Shown here piece by piece: positions 39,011-53,400 of a stretch of 64,000 nt of DNA. The position numbers were made by a program, and so were the translations under genes. Each line of letters opens with the position of its first letter. The stretch's first letter is position 1. The notes beneath the pieces were generated by a model that saw only the letters and a list, made by a program, of their open reading frames with translations, was not told where the DNA came from and made no database searches. Source of the stretch: Octopus sinensis (Eukaryota). Location: NCBI RefSeq assembly GCF_006345805.1, contig NC_043015.1, forward strand, positions 46,066,001-46,130,000. Reading direction: 5' to 3'.

Positions 39011-40929
39011 TCTCACACACATTCTCTGCCACAAGTGATTTTGTTTTTATACTGTCTGATAGCAAGCTTACTGAGTGGCTGTGTGGTAAGTAGCTTGCTT
39101 ACCAACCACATGGTTCCGGGTTCAGTCCCACTAAACATATACGAGAGAGATACATCAACAGACATCCTCATCAAAGGTTTATTCGGTTATTTTAATTCAT
39201 TAACTGGTCCCTTGGTCAAACAGACTGACAATTACTCAGAATAAATTCATAGCCGCAAGAGTGGCTGTGTGGTAAGTAGCCTGTTTACCAACCACATGGT
39301 TCCGGGTTCAGTCCCACTGCGTGGCACCTTGGACAAGTGTCTTCTATTATAGCCTTGGGCTGACCAAAGCCTTGTGAGTGGATTTGGTAGACGGAAACTG
39401 AAAGAAGCCCATCGTGTATGTGTATGTGTGTGTGTTCGTGTGTCTGTGTTTGTCCCCCTAGCATTGCTTGACAACCGATGCTGGTGTGTTTATGTCCCCG
39501 TTACTTAGTGGTTCGGCAAAAAGAGACCGATAGAATAAGTACTGGGCTTACAAAAAGAATAAGTCCCGGGGTCGAGTTGCTTGAGTAAAGGCGGTGCTCC
39601 AGCATGGCCGCAATCAAATGACTGAAACAAGTAAAAGAGTAAAGGTGGGTAAATGTCGCAAGAATGGCCAGTATAAACGGACCAATTCTGAGGATACACC
39701 TGTAGCATAAAAAGGCATTATAAAAGGAGAAAAGGGCTCTCTACCCACCACCCCTTTGACCAGGATCCCGTGGCTTTTATGGGTTTTTCCATGAGTAACC
39801 TTTTCGAAGCGCCTCCCCTATTGGGAGTTTTAAATTGTTACTTATTTTCTTTTGTTAACCTGTTTTTTACACGGACCTTTTTTTTTAAAAACGGACAAAA
39901 CCCTTTGTAACCTTTCGTCCTGTTTTGTCCCTTCATGTTTTTAATTAATTTTTGTCAGCCCTTGTGGCCAATAAAAGAATTACAAAATCGAAATCGATCA
40001 ACATCAATGGAAATCGTAGCTGTGATACCAGTACCGGTGGCACGTAAGCGAACCATCCGAACGTGGCCATTGCCAGCGCCGCCCCGACGGGCCTCCGTGC
40101 TGGTGGCACGTAAAAAGCACCATCCGAATCGTGGCTGTTGCCAGCCTTGCCTGGACCCCATGCCGGTGGCACGTAAAAAGCACCATTCGTCCGTGGCCGT
40201 TTGCCAGCTCCGTCTGACACCTGTGCCGGTGGCATGTAAAAAGCACCCACTCCACTCATGGAGTGGTTGCCGTTAGGAAGGGCATCCAGCTGTAGAAACA
40301 TCGCCAGATCAGACTGGAGCCTGGTGCAGCCTTCTGGCTTCCCAGACCCCAGTTGAACCGTCCAACCCATGCTAGCATGGAAAGCGGACGCTAAATGATG
40401 ATGATGATTATTATTCTGTTTTTAGAGGTTGATAAACACAGCTGCTGTGCATCTAATCTTCAATCTAGCAGGAAAACCAATCATCAATATGTCTGTTGAC
40501 CACAGATTGATCAAGTTTCAAAATCTTTCAGCCAACTTTTCCAACAGAGAAAACAAAACAAGACAAATTTAACCAAACTTTAAAAATAATGTCAAATAAT
40601 AAAATAAAATAAAATAAAGTGAGGTCAATTAATTAATCAATTAAATTGCATCACAGGTGTTTGTTAAAGTAAAAATCTTTAACTCTTTAGTATTTAAACC
40701 AGATATAATCTGGCCCAAATACTCTACCTGCTTTATGGTCAAAGTGGCCAGATCTGGTCTCTCACACCTACCCTACAATGTCATTCTAAAAATAAACACA
40801 ACACATCTTTGAAATCCCAAAGCTCTGAGATAATGCATGATTAATCCCAAGCAATGTGAATGCATAAGCATTGCATTTGGCAGATTAATGATTCCTTGAG
40901 GATTATCATTAATATTATTATTATTACTA

Positions 40930-41330
40930 AAGGTGGCGAGTTGGCAGAAACATTAGCACACCGGGCGAAATGCTTAGAGGCATTTCGTCTGCTGCTACGT
41001 TCTGAGTTCAAATTCCGCCGAGGTCGACTTTGCCTTTCATCCTTTCGGGGGTCGATAAATTAAGTACCAGTTACGCACTGGGGTCGATGTAATTGACTTA
41101 ATCCCTTTGTCTGTCCTTATTTGTCCCCTCTATGTTTAGCCCCTTGTGGGCAATAAGGCATTTCGTCTGCCGCTACGTTCTGAGTTCAAATTCTGCCAAG
41201 GTCAACTTTGCCTTTCACCCTTTTGGGGTCAATAAATTAAGTACCAGTTACGCACTGGGGTCAATGTACTCGACTTAATCCCTTTGTCTGTCCCCTCTAT
41301 GTTTAGCCCCTTGTGGGCAATAAAGAAATA
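40930..41330 (+). mobile_element. SINE family B dimer
   Basis: Head plus two bodies. Monomers or fragments also at 23090-23310 (-) and 46170-46295 (-). Confidence 0.85.
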
Positions 41331-42656
41331 AGAAATGTTAGCATGCCAGGCAAAATGCTTAGCAAGCATTTCATCCGTCTTCACATTCTGATTTCAAAGG
41401 ATTATTATTATTATTATTATTATGAAAACAGTGAGTTGGCAGAATCACGAGCACATCAGATGCAATGTTTAAGGGCATTTCTTCTGTCTTCGTCTTTTGT
41501 TTTTTTACGTAAACTCTCCCTATACATATATATATATATATATTTATACACACACATACATACATATAAACATGTGTGTGTATGTGTATATAATTTTCAA
41601 AGCAGCTTGAGTGTTGTAAACAATATTGATCACACATACACAAGTCCAAATTCCACCAAGGTCAGCTTTGTTTTTCATCCTTTCGGGGTCAATAAAATAA
41701 GTGCCAGTTGGGCATTAAGGTCAATGTAATCGACTTTAGCCCACCCCCTAAAATTGCTGGTCTTGTGCCAGAATTACAAAAACTCATCATTATTATTAAA
41801 ACACTGAAAGACTTAAGTGAAGTGCAATGGATGTAGTTTTAGAGCACTATATTGAAGAGCAAACACACAATTGAAAATATCTAATTTTTGTAATGGATGT
41901 TCACAATGTCGATGAGATACACGGATAGGTGGTGAAATATTTGTTTGAACATCAAGTTAAAAATGAGTTTTAGTCATTGGACCACATTTATCTGAACAGA
42001 ATTGACTGGGATCGATCAATACCATCTGTGTTAAATTTTCTAAAATAACAATATAACAAGATTAATTAACTGACAAAAATTATTAGTGGTGGTGATAGTA
42101 AAGAGGACAATCATAATGAAAAGGAGAAACACTTCTTTTTTTTTTTTTTTTAATTGTAAGAATACAGAATCTAACAATTTTTCCTCCTCATTAAGATAAT
42201 TGGTAACTGGTAGTGGTACTAAGGGAACTAACTCTGATTAAGTTTAAACTAACATATACTCTTTTTTTACTCTTTTACTTGTTTCAGTCATTTGACTGCA
42301 GCCATGCTGGGGCACCGCCTTTAGTCGAGCAAATTGACCCCGAGACTTATTCTTTGTAAGCCCAGTACTTATTCTATCGGTCTCTTTTGCCGAACCGCTA
42401 AGTTATGGGGACGTAAACACACCAGCATCGGTTGTCAAGCAATGCTAGGGACACACACACAAACACACACACATATATATATACATATATACGACAAGCT
42501 TCTTTCAGTTTCCGTCTACCAAATCCACTCACAAGGCATTGGTCGGCCCGGGGCTATAGTAGAAGACACTTGCCCAAGATGCCACGCAGTGGGACTGAAC
42601 CCGGAACCATGTGGTTGGTTAGCAAGCTACTTACCACACAGCCACTCCTGCGCCTG

Positions 42657-42689
<33 letters not shown>

Positions 42690-44561
42690 AAAAAGAAACA
42701 AATTGTTGTTACTGGTGATTGACAGCAAGGACATAAATCGATTTCATTCATAGATAAACTGAAAACACGGTAGAGTGATTGAGGGCTCACATAATTTCCA
42801 ACACCATAGAAGGGAAATCAGACAAAGAGGTCCACCAGTAAAAATTCTAGAAATACTTATAAATTATTCACTTGACAATGACCAAACCACTGAATCCCCG
42901 AAAAACAAATGTTTTACCTTATAATTGCACCTTCAAAATTTTTTCACTTTAAGATCGCTGCAAAAGCACATCTTGACAGCGTTCAGTGTGGAAGTAATCG
43001 ACTAACGCATGCGCAGTAAGCAAGCTACTTACCACACAGGCACCCCTGCGACTAACTATTTGTTTTATTTGTCCTTTTATTTGTTTCGGTCATTGGACAC
43101 TGCCCTGAAGGGTTTCAGGTGAAGAAAATTGATCCCAGTAGTTACTCAATCAATCTCTTTCACTGAACCACATTATGTGAACACAAACAAACCAATGTTG
43201 GTTATCAAGCAGGGGTCAGGGACAAACACAGTCGGACAGCCACACACACATCTAGTGGGCTTCCACAGTTTCATCATCATCATCATCGTTTAACGTCTGT
43301 TTTCCATGCTAGCATGGGTTGGACGGTTCGACCGGGGTCTGGGAAGCCAGGCGGCTGCACCAAGCTCCAGTCTGATCTGGCAGTGTTTCTACAGCTGGAT
43401 GCCCTTCCTAACGCCAACCACTCCGCGAGTGTAGTGGGGGCTTTTTACGTGCCACCTGCACAGGTGCCAGGCGAGGCTGACAACGGCCACGATCGGATTG
43501 GTGCATTTTACGTGCCACCGGCACGGAAGCAAGTCAAGGCGGCACTGGCATCGGCCACGATTTGGATAATGCTTTTTACATGCCACCGGCACAGAAGCCA
43601 GTCTAGGCGGAACTGGCATTGGCCACGTTCAGATGGTGGCCGATGCCAGCGCCCACCTACCAAATTTGCTTACAAGGAATTGGCTGGCTGAAGGCTATAG
43701 TAGAAGACAATAGCCCAAAGTGCTGCATAGTGGGAGTAAAACACTGAAACCACGTACTTGCAAAGCAAGCATTTTAATCACAGTTATGCCTACATACCCA
43801 CTTTTCCTGTCACCTGCTAATTTTAACATTTATTTCCACACCACCATTATGAAGGCACATGGCTCAGTGGTTAGAGTGTCGGGCTCGCAATCATGAGGTA
43901 GTGAGTTCGATTCCCTGACCGGGCTGTGAGTTGTGTCCTTGAGCAAGACACTTTATTTTCACATTGCTCCAGTTCACTCAGCTATAGAAATGAGTGGCGA
44001 CATCACTGGTGCCAAGCTGTATCGGCCTTTGCTTTTCCCTTGGATAACATCAGTGGCGTGGAGAGGGGAAACTCGGATGCATGGATGACTGCTGGTCTCC
44101 CATAATCAACCTTGCCTGGACATGTGCTTAGGAGACTTGTGCAATCCCATGGTCATTCATGGCCAAAGGGATTCTTTACCCTTTTACCATTATGAAACTA
44201 ACTTGTCATTCTGACTCGCACAAGGTTATAAACTGACTGATGCCCCCACTTTTCAAACAGTTTTGATTTTGTTGTTGTTGTCCTTTTTTTTTTTTGATGA
44301 AGCACACACACACACACACACACATATTTATCACCTTACACCAGCCCAAGAAAAATAACTCTTTTAACTAAAGTTGACAAGTAACGAGCTACGATAAATA
44401 ATACATTTTCAGGGAATACCCAAAAACGGAAGTTTACAGCACCACTTCACATTAGTTCAATAAACTGAAGTTATAATTTTAATCTGATCAAAAGAATACT
44501 GTGTATTCCTTTCTGTAACGTGAAACTTGGCATCATAATTAATTAAGTACCAGCAAGTACT

Positions 44562-44910
44562 CATCATCATCATCATCATCGTTTAACGTCCGTTCTCCAT
44601 GCTAGCATGGGTTGGACGGTTCGACCGGGGATCTGGGAAGCCAGAAGGCTGCACCAGGCTCCGGTCTTATCTGGCAAAGTTTCTACAGCTGGATGCCCTT
44701 CCTAACGCCAACCACTCCGTGAGTGTAGTGGGTGCTTTTTACGTGCCACCTGCACTGGTGTCAGGCGAGGCTGGCATCGGCCACGGTCGGATTGGTGCAT
44801 TTTATGGAAGCCAGTCAGGGCGGCACTGGCTTCGGCTACGATTCGGATGGTGCTTTTTACGTGCCACCGACACGGAAGCCAGTCGAGGCGGCGCTGGCAT
44901 CGGCCACATT
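44562..44910 (-). mobile_element. Short copy of the RTE 3' UTR ending in (GAT)n
   Basis: Near-identical to 32081-32370. Similar copies at about 2682, 3090, 4284, 11940, 23490, 25193, 28210, 30065, 30840, 31190, 39980, 43270, 51022, 51830, 52385 and 59710. Confidence 0.9.
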
Positions 44911-45250
44911 TTACTCAACTATATGTATCAAGTGCTCTTGTCATATTTCTTCATAATACCTGTGCATGTTATGTAGTTTCATACATAACATACTGAGATA
45001 TATTCTTTTCATTGATTTTATCATTCAAATGAACATGTATATATATATATCGAACACACATACACAAAGCATGAGCTTTAAAGTGTTGGAGATGATTCTC
45101 TCACCTCATATCGCAGCCAAACAGTGAACTAGCATTGTGTATGTGTGTGTGATCAATATTGTTTACAACACTCAAACTGCTTTGAAAATTATATACATAT
45201 ACACACATGTGTTTATATGTATGCATGTATGTATGTATGTATATATATAT

Positions 45251-45284
<34 letters not shown>

Positions 45285-45407
45285 ATTTACAAGATAAGGG
45301 CAGAAGAAAAATTCTAATGCCAAATATGCCGAAACAAAAAATTGTCGATAACCATTATAATTTATGTCTTGAAACAAACCGATAGAAATCTCTAAAAAAT
45401 TCGTTAT

Positions 45408-45467
45408 TACCGTATTGGTCCAATTTCGGGGTTAATTCATAAGAAAATTTTCCCCTCTTCAGCGGCA
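45408..45467 (-). ncRNA. Type I hammerhead ribozyme fold, canonical core
   Basis: Minus strand: TGCCG-CTGAAGA-GGGG-loop-CCCC-GAA-ATTGGACCAAT-A-CGGTA; AUA triplet; near-palindromic stem III. Confidence 0.7.
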
Positions 45468-45828
45468 TATACACGAGATATAAGTGAAATACTTACTCAT
45501 ACCCATGGAAAAAGCAAGCACTAAGTACCCCAAATATATCCAAAATAAAAAAATCTTCGGCACATCTCGAGACACGTGTGATTCGAACTAGAAACTTTCT
45601 CAGAGTGATAGAATCATATATATATATATATATATATAGGGAGAGTTTACGGAAAAAACAAAAGACGAAGACAGGTGGTGTACAAAACAAACAGATGTAT
45701 TAGTATAGCGCTCAGGAATAGAAAAAGTCTTTTATGTTTCGAGCCTACGCTCATCTACAGAAAGGGACACAGAAAAAACAAGGAGAGAAAAAAATGTGTG
45801 TAGTGGCTAACGATCTATCATGGCGCTG

Positions 45829-45860
<32 letters not shown>

Positions 45861-45879
45861 ACCATGCATATATATGAGC

Positions 45880-46400
45880 AAAACGTCCCCCCCATCGAAT
45901 GGAGAGTACTGAGTTGTCAAACATTTAAACCAAATTTTCTCAAAACAACTTGTCCAACCGTCCCATAGGCCTCCCCTTCGAGAAACACGGATTTAACCTA
46001 AATTTGAGACACCGTGCATTTTTCTCGCGTACGCGTAGTATGGATTGCAACAGCTGATGTACTTGCACGTACAAACGCACGTTCCCACGGCTTTATCGAT
46101 CGCATTCTCCCTGGAATCGATTTTTTATAATTTTTTTCAAGACTTATACACGCCCTGATACCTATTTCATTATTACCCACAAGGGGGCTAAAAATAGAGG
46201 GGACAAACAAGGACAGACAAAGGGATAAAGTCGATTACATCGACCCCAGTGCGTAACTGGTGCTTAATTTATCGACCCCGAAAGGATGAAAGGCAACCAT
46301 CGGTATCTACATATCAAATTTGAGCGCAATCGGACAGAGGATGCCCAAGATCCTAGAAGACACACACACAGACAGACAGAACAGATTTTATATAATAGAT
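45880..46400. mobile_element. Possible Helitron/Helentron-associated (DINE-like) non-autonomous element interrupted by a SINE B fragment
   Basis: End with CAAATTTGAGCGCAATCGG, a (CAGA)n tract and TTTTATATAATAGAT; recognised by pattern only. Confidence 0.35.
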
Positions 46401-46462
46401 ATATACATATGTATGCACATATATACACACACATAAAAAAAAGCTGAAAAAAAGCTACGTAC

Positions 46463-48006
46463 CAGCCGCTGCTTCTCAAAATTAGTGGATTTGTTGAGCA
46501 CACTTCCTCTGTTTTCTTGTGTGGAGCTAGTTATGCAAGAGATTGGCACAGACACTCTTACTAGTGAGGTTGATGAAGATGTTGACGATGGTGTGGATGA
46601 GGACGAAGACGACGATGGCAATGAGGATGATAATGTTGATGACTGTGATGATGATTTTGTTGATGTTGCAGTTGTTGTTGTTGTTGTTGATGATGATGAC
46701 GATGACAATAATGAGGAGGATGAAGATGATGCTGAACGAGAGGAAGATGAGGATGTTAATAATGATAATGATGATGATGATGACAATGATGATGAGGGTG
46801 ATGATGATGATGATGATGTTGACAATGAAGATGATGATGATGCAGATGATGATGATGGCGATGATGAGGATGATGATGATGAAGATAATGATGTGGATAT
46901 TGAAATAGACGATGACACCGGTTTAAGAGTCTTTTCAGCAGTAGTGAGCTGGGCTGATGTTTTATTGAGCGGTTTTAATTTGGTGACCAATTCTTTCTGG
47001 CAACTGTTGATCAAAACCGAAGGAAACTTCTTGATCTCTTCGCTTCGTTTCGGAATCGCCGACAGAACGATATCTTTGCTGTTGTTACAGGAACGACGGC
47101 CCTCCAGCAGAACTTTCGACACGGTGACAGTGTGCGAGTCGATCTTCTTCACAGTTACTTTCGGCGGGGAGGGCTTGCTGAGAATTGAACCGCCCACTGA
47201 CGTGTCCAGTTTCCTGCTCAGCGACATCGAACTAGTCACTGGCACCACTTTCTTCTGAACCGTGTTCACGCACACGGTCGCAGACACGCCCTTTCCCGCT
47301 TCGCTTGTGGGACTCACAAGCTTCTTGAGAATCTTGACTGCGTCCACTGGCGAAGTGTTCATGCTGCCTGTGCCTCTTAACTTTTTGTAATCTTTGATCT
47401 CTGTTAAGGAGACATCCACCACTTTGGACGAGGTGGTTTTGGGTTTAGCACCAATATTGTCCAGAGATTTGCCCTCAGCTAGGCTGTTTGGGTTTTCACC
47501 GAGTTTTCCTTCAACGCCTGTCGGGGAAGATTTCTTTGGAATTTTTGCATTAGAATCCTTTAGTTGAGTCGATGTGGTAATGGCATGCACTCTTACGTCT
47601 TTCATGTCAATCTTTGATGAGCAGAGGCGTTTCTCCGAAGGTTTTTCTTTAGTGATCACCACCACTTGATGCTGTTGTTGTTGCTGCTGACCTCCCTGTT
47701 GAGTAGACACACTGCTTAATTTCTTCTGCACGGTTTTCACCTGGAAAATGTTTAGGGGTAGTTTTGCGATTGTCTCTGGAGAGGAGGTTTTTGCTGAGAC
47801 ACTCTTGGGGGACGTCGTGATGGTTATGACAGGCGGAGAGGATTCAGATGAAGACGATTCTTGCTTAGCACTCCCCTTCAGGAATGACTTAGAGACAGGA
47901 GTAGAAGAAACTGTCGATGAAGACGTGGTACTTGTAACAGCCTGGGACAATGAAACGGGCTCGGATGTGAGGTTAATAGTTTCTTTCAAACAGATTACAT
48001 CTGGAT
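46463..48006 (-). CDS. Large Ser/Thr/Lys-rich exon (DPDVICLKE...FEKQRL)
   Basis: Acceptor ttccttag; donor gtacgt; 1544 nt, phase 1-0; lies within ORF 46388..48100. Confidence 0.85.
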
Positions 48007-49344
48007 CTAAGGAAAAAAATAAGAACAAGATAATTAGAAACTTGCAGATCATGTGACATATATTGATACATATATTTACAAATGAATTTACACACAGCAC
48101 ATAACATGTAGCATCTTGAAAGATTCAGTCAAATGACTCGACCCCGGTAATCTATTTTAAAGCCCAGTACTTATTCTATCACCTTCTTTTGCCAAACTGC
48201 TAAATTATGGTGACATAAACACACCATCACCGGTTGTCAAGCAGCAGAGGGGGACAAACACAGACACACTCACACATACATACATGCATGCACATATATA
48301 CGTATGTACACACACACATGTCTCAGTGGTTAGAATGTCAGGCTCACAATCATGAGGTAGTGAGTTCAATTCCCTGACCGGGCTGCGTGTTGTGTCCTTG
48401 AGCAAGACACTTTATTTTCACGTTGCTCTAGTTCACTCGGCTGTAGAAATGATATATGTGCATGTGTGTTAGTGAGCATGCATGCATGTGTCTGTGTGAA
48501 TGTCTAACTTCCATATCCCAACATGAAAATCTCTGAACAAAGACAAAATTTAAAAAAAAACATTGGTAACATTATACTGAGAATCCCTGTTAACAAATCA
48601 TTCCCAAACTGTTTTCAGAGCCAAGTGGAATCTACTATAATAATAATAATACTCTTGTGTTTTTCTCCATCACAAAACATGAATGAGAAATGAAGGGGTG
48701 ATGGCAAACTGGTAGTGGGACGATGTAAATTCTAGAATGGAAAAAAAAAATCAAACAGCGTTTCAACTCTGTGTGAGTATATGTGTATGTAAATGTTTGT
48801 GTTCTAGTGTTTCTGTTGTACCTGTATTTGAAAGGGCCAGCCTTGTCACACTCTGTGTCACGTTGAATCTCCCCAAGAACTATGTTAAGGGTACACGTGT
48901 CTGTGGAGTGCTCAGAAACAGCAACAAGTGGAGGTGCAATGGCCCAGTGGTTAGGGCAGCGGACTCGCGGCCGGAGGATCGCAGTTTCGATTCCCAGACC
49001 GGGCGTTGTGTGTGTTTATTGAGCGAAAACACCTAAAGCTCCACGAGGCTCCGACAGGGGGTGGGGTGGCGACCCCTTAGTGTACTCTTTCCCTCACTCT
49101 TTTTTCCTGTTTCTTGTCCCCGACTTCCTACGCCATCCGCTGAGCCTGGATGCGCATTCATCCATCCATCCGTCCGTCGATGCTCTCAGTGTCTGGGGGG
49201 GTTTGACCTGCTTTTTCTCTTCTGCGGGTCTTACGAATAGCAAAGGACCACGTTTCGGACTTCTCCCACTACACTCTGGGACGAAGACCGCTTCGCACAA
49301 CAAACAAACAAACAAAAGAGCAACAACAAAATAGACAGCCTTAC

Positions 49345-49502
49345 CTGAGTTCATTTTAGAAGGATTGTCTAGTCCTGAAGCACTGCTTTTCCTGGCTGCG
49401 TTTGAAACCGTTGATACCAAGGGTGACGTGGTGATTTTAGCCAGCAGAGGGTTGGATGTAGGTTTGGACGTGGGGCTCTCTTTCGTCCCTTTGGTAATGC
49501 TG

Positions 49503-49534
<32 letters not shown>

Positions 49535-50494
49535 GCTGCTACTACTACTACTTCTACTGCTATTATTGTTGCCGCTCGAAGTAGTACTAATAACGTTAAT
49601 ACTACTTTTACTTTTACTACTACTACTACTGCTGCTGCTGCTACTACTACTACTACTGTTGCTACTGCTAATGTCACTGCTGCTCTTATTATTATTATTA
49701 TTATTTGTTTTACTGCTGCTCTTTGGAGTGGTCACTTGGCTTGGCACGTCCGTTTCAATTTCCTCAATGAAATGATATGTGTCCAAATCAATTTGAGCCT
49801 GGGCAAGTGAGCTGCTCAGAAGGTCCAGTGGTTTAGATGGAGAAGTTGAGCTGGTGGTGGTGGTGGTAGCGGTGACAGAGGAGGCAGGAGTGCTAGTGGT
49901 GGTAGTAACGGAGACAGTCGTAGTGGTGGTGGTGGTGGCAGTGGTGGCCGTTGTGGTTTTGGTTGTGGTGGTGGTGGCGGCGGCAGTAGTGGTGGTTTTG
50001 GAGAGAGATGTAGGAAGGAGAGAGGAGGAGGAAGACGACGACGCGGTGGTAGAAGAAGAAGAAGTAGAAGAAGCACCGAGCATGTGCACCAAAGATGAAG
50101 TTGATGCCGAGATGACCGAGGTCAGCGGCAACGATGAGGTCGAAGGCCTGCTGCTGTTGTCAACAAGACTGCTACTGCTGCTGCCACTGCTGCTACTACC
50201 ACCACTGACACTACTACCACCACTACCACTGCTACTGTCCTTACTCTCACCAGCACCGCCACTGCTACTGCCACTCCCACCACCGACAGTGCTCGATATT
50301 CTGTTGTCCTGAGTGTGGCTCGAGATGATGATCTGCTTTGCAACAACCGGAGTGCTTGCAACAGAGGTGGTGGTGGTCGTGGTGGTGTTGGTGTTGGTGG
50401 TAGAGGTGTTGCTGCTGGTACTGCTCTGGCTGACGGTCTGAACAGTGTTGGTACCTGTCGTCGAAGTACCTGTTGTCACAGACGATGGAACCAC
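49345..50494 (-). CDS. Large Ser/Thr-rich low-complexity exon (VVPSSVTTG...PSKMNS)
   Basis: Acceptor ttttgccag; donor gtaagg; 1150 nt, phase 0-1; lies within ORF 49094..50494. Confidence 0.85.
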
Positions 50495-53400
50495 CTGGCA
50501 AAATAAAAAAATAAATTTATCATTATTTTATTCATTTACATATGAACTCTAAAAGCATAAAAGACCCTACAATGTATCGGTATACTTATTTATTAATTTT
50601 TGTATATACTCTTTTACTTGTTTCAGTCATTTGACTGCGGCCATGCTGGAGCACCGCCTTTAGTCGAGCAAAACTTTTGCCGAACCGCTAAGTGACGGGG
50701 ACGTAAACACACCAGCATCGGTTGTCAAGCTATGTTGGGGGGGACAAACACAGACACACAAACACATACATGCATACACATATATATACATACATACATA
50801 CGGCGGGCTTCTTTCAGTTTCCATCTACCAAATCCACTCACAAGGCTTTGGTCGGCCTGAGGCTATAGTAGAAGACACTTGCCCAAGGTGCCACGCAGTG
50901 GGACTGAACCCGCTACCATGTAGTTCGTAAGCAAGCTACTTACCACACAGCCACTCCTACGCCTATAATCATATCACTTAAATTTCAAAGCTATAAGATA
51001 AAGCATGATTAATTCAAAACAATCATCATCATCATCATCGTTTAACGTCCACTTTCCATGCTAGCATGGGTTGGACGATTTTGACTGAGGGCTGGCGAAC
51101 CAGATGGCTGCACCAGGCTCCAATCTTGATTTGGCAGAGTTTCTACAGCTGGATGCCCTTCCTAACGCCAACCACTCCGAGAGTGTAGTGGGTGCTTTTT
51201 ATATGCCACTGGCATGGGGGCCAGTCAGGTGGTACTGGCAACGACCTCGCTCGAATCTTTTTACACATGTCACCGGCACAGGTGCCAGTAAGGCGACGTT
51301 GGTAACGATCCCACTCATATGGTACCCTTTTACGTGCAACTGGCACGGAGGCCAGATAGCTGCTCTGGCAACGATCACGCTCGGATGGTGCTCTTAATAC
51401 CCTACTAACACGGGGCTCGAGTTCCAGTAGTGTGACGCTGGTAACGATCACACTCAAATGGTGCCTTTTAAGTGCCACTGGCACTGAAGCCGGTTAGCCG
51501 CTCTGTCAATGATCACACTCGTATGGTGCTCTTTGCACCCTATTAGCACGGACGCCAGTCATCGAATTTGATTTTGATAAGCATTACATTTGACAGAGTA
51601 ATCTGAATGCAGAAAGGTTAATGTTCATCTTAGTTATGAATCATGTATGATCTCTCCAGGATGCAAGACATTAATGGGAACAAAAGCATTCATTATCTTC
51701 GTTTTTCTATTTTGACTATTTAGTGATTCTTTAACTCTTCAGCATTTGCATCACTCTGTCAAATGCAATGCTTATTTATTAACATTGTTTTGAATTAATC
51801 ATGCATTTTCTCATAATTTTGAAATTTCAATGGTGGCACGTAAAAAGCACCATCCGAACGTGGCCGATGCCAGCACCGCCTTGACTGGCTTCCGTGCCGG
51901 TGGCACGTAAAAAGCACCGATCTGATCATGGCTGTTGCCAGCCTCGCCTGGCTCCTGTGTCGGTGGCACGTAAAAAGCACCCACTACACTCACGGAGTGG
52001 TTGGCATTAGGAAGGGCATCAACTGTAGAAACACTGCCAGATCAGACCGGAGCCTGGTGCAGCCTTCTGGCTTCCCAGATTCCCGGTCGAACTGTCCAAC
52101 CCATACTAACATGGAGAACAGACGTTAAACGATGATGATGATGATGTGACTGTTTATTTTTAGAATGACATTGTAGGGTAAGTAGTTAGAGGCCAGATCT
52201 GGCCACTTGGTTTGAACATAAACCAGGTAGAATACTTGAGCTGGGTTTGGCCAATTTAAATGCTAAAAAAAATGAATGAGTTTTTTTTTTTTATACTTTC
52301 CCACACACAAACACTCATTCTCTTCCTCAATAACAAACACTGTAGTTACATGTACTACAACTACTGCAATTATGAAATCAACATCATCATCATTTAGCAT
52401 CTGCTTTACATGCTGGCATGGGTTAGACGCTTTGACTGAAACAGGTAAGCAAGAGGATCTGCACCAGGTTCCAACAATGTCATTCATCATCAACATCATC
52501 ATCACCACCACTGAACGTCCATTGTCCATGCTGGCATGGGTTGGATGACTTGACCAGAACTGGAAAGCTGGGGGGCTGCACCAGACTCCAGTCCAATTCG
52601 GCATGGTTTCTACAGCTTGGTGCCCTTCCTAAAACCAACAACTCCAAGGGTGTAGTGGGTGCTTTTACATGCCTTCTTATGTTTAAAATGTCTTAAGCCT
52701 TTTCATACCAGCCGGGCTGAAACCGCCTCTGGCTCTGTAGTACAAATGTCTTGTTTTCATAAGTTTTTAATTAAAATCTTCCACCAAACCTTAGTCACAA
52801 TTTATGTTCCTAACACTAGCTGAATGATAACTAAGTTATTTTACTAAATTCTTTGTTATATTTAAAGTAATTGAAAGATACACAGAGCATCTCAAAATAA
52901 ATACAGTAATGAAAGGTTAAGTCTTATTTACACGACACACCAAGACAAACATTTGACTAACCAACACTAGATGCAAACTGCACCTAAATGTTCCCACTTA
53001 ACAGACAAACATAAGACCAGAACTCCTTCACAACCTGGGGACTGTCAGTGCCTATGTGCACAAATGCATATGGCAAAAAGCGGTACTTTCACAAATCAAT
53101 CACTCACAAAATGCAACTGCGCACAAACATAAAATAATTGTTGACCAAAGCAACTATGCAAAAATGAACATTGAAATTATGATCTAACACACACACACAC
53201 ACACAGAAAGAGCTAGAATAATACATGATCTACACTATTTACTCAACATAATAGAAAGCCTTGAGTTCAGTGTGAGGCACCCTTTGATTTTGAAATACTA
53301 CTACCTATAATTTCCTATATTATAAATTAACTAGTACTATGACGCGGCAACACTGGGTCATAGTGCTAGTGCATGCAGATACAGCTGCGTGCGTGTGCAC

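Noticed and set aside
38058-39093. RD/RG-, ET- and LS-repeat ORFs of about 300 aa
   Set aside because: They are translations of a hexamer satellite that is stop-free in several frames.
39700-39965. Novel sequence between two repeats
   Set aside because: It looks like distorted SINE B sequence with inflated homopolymers, and is likely low-quality consensus.
46485-47258. Asp-rich plus-strand ORF (and Val/Leu-rich ORFs at 49365-50312)
   Set aside because: These are antisense shadows of the Ser/Thr-rich minus-strand exons, which have proper splice sites and phases.
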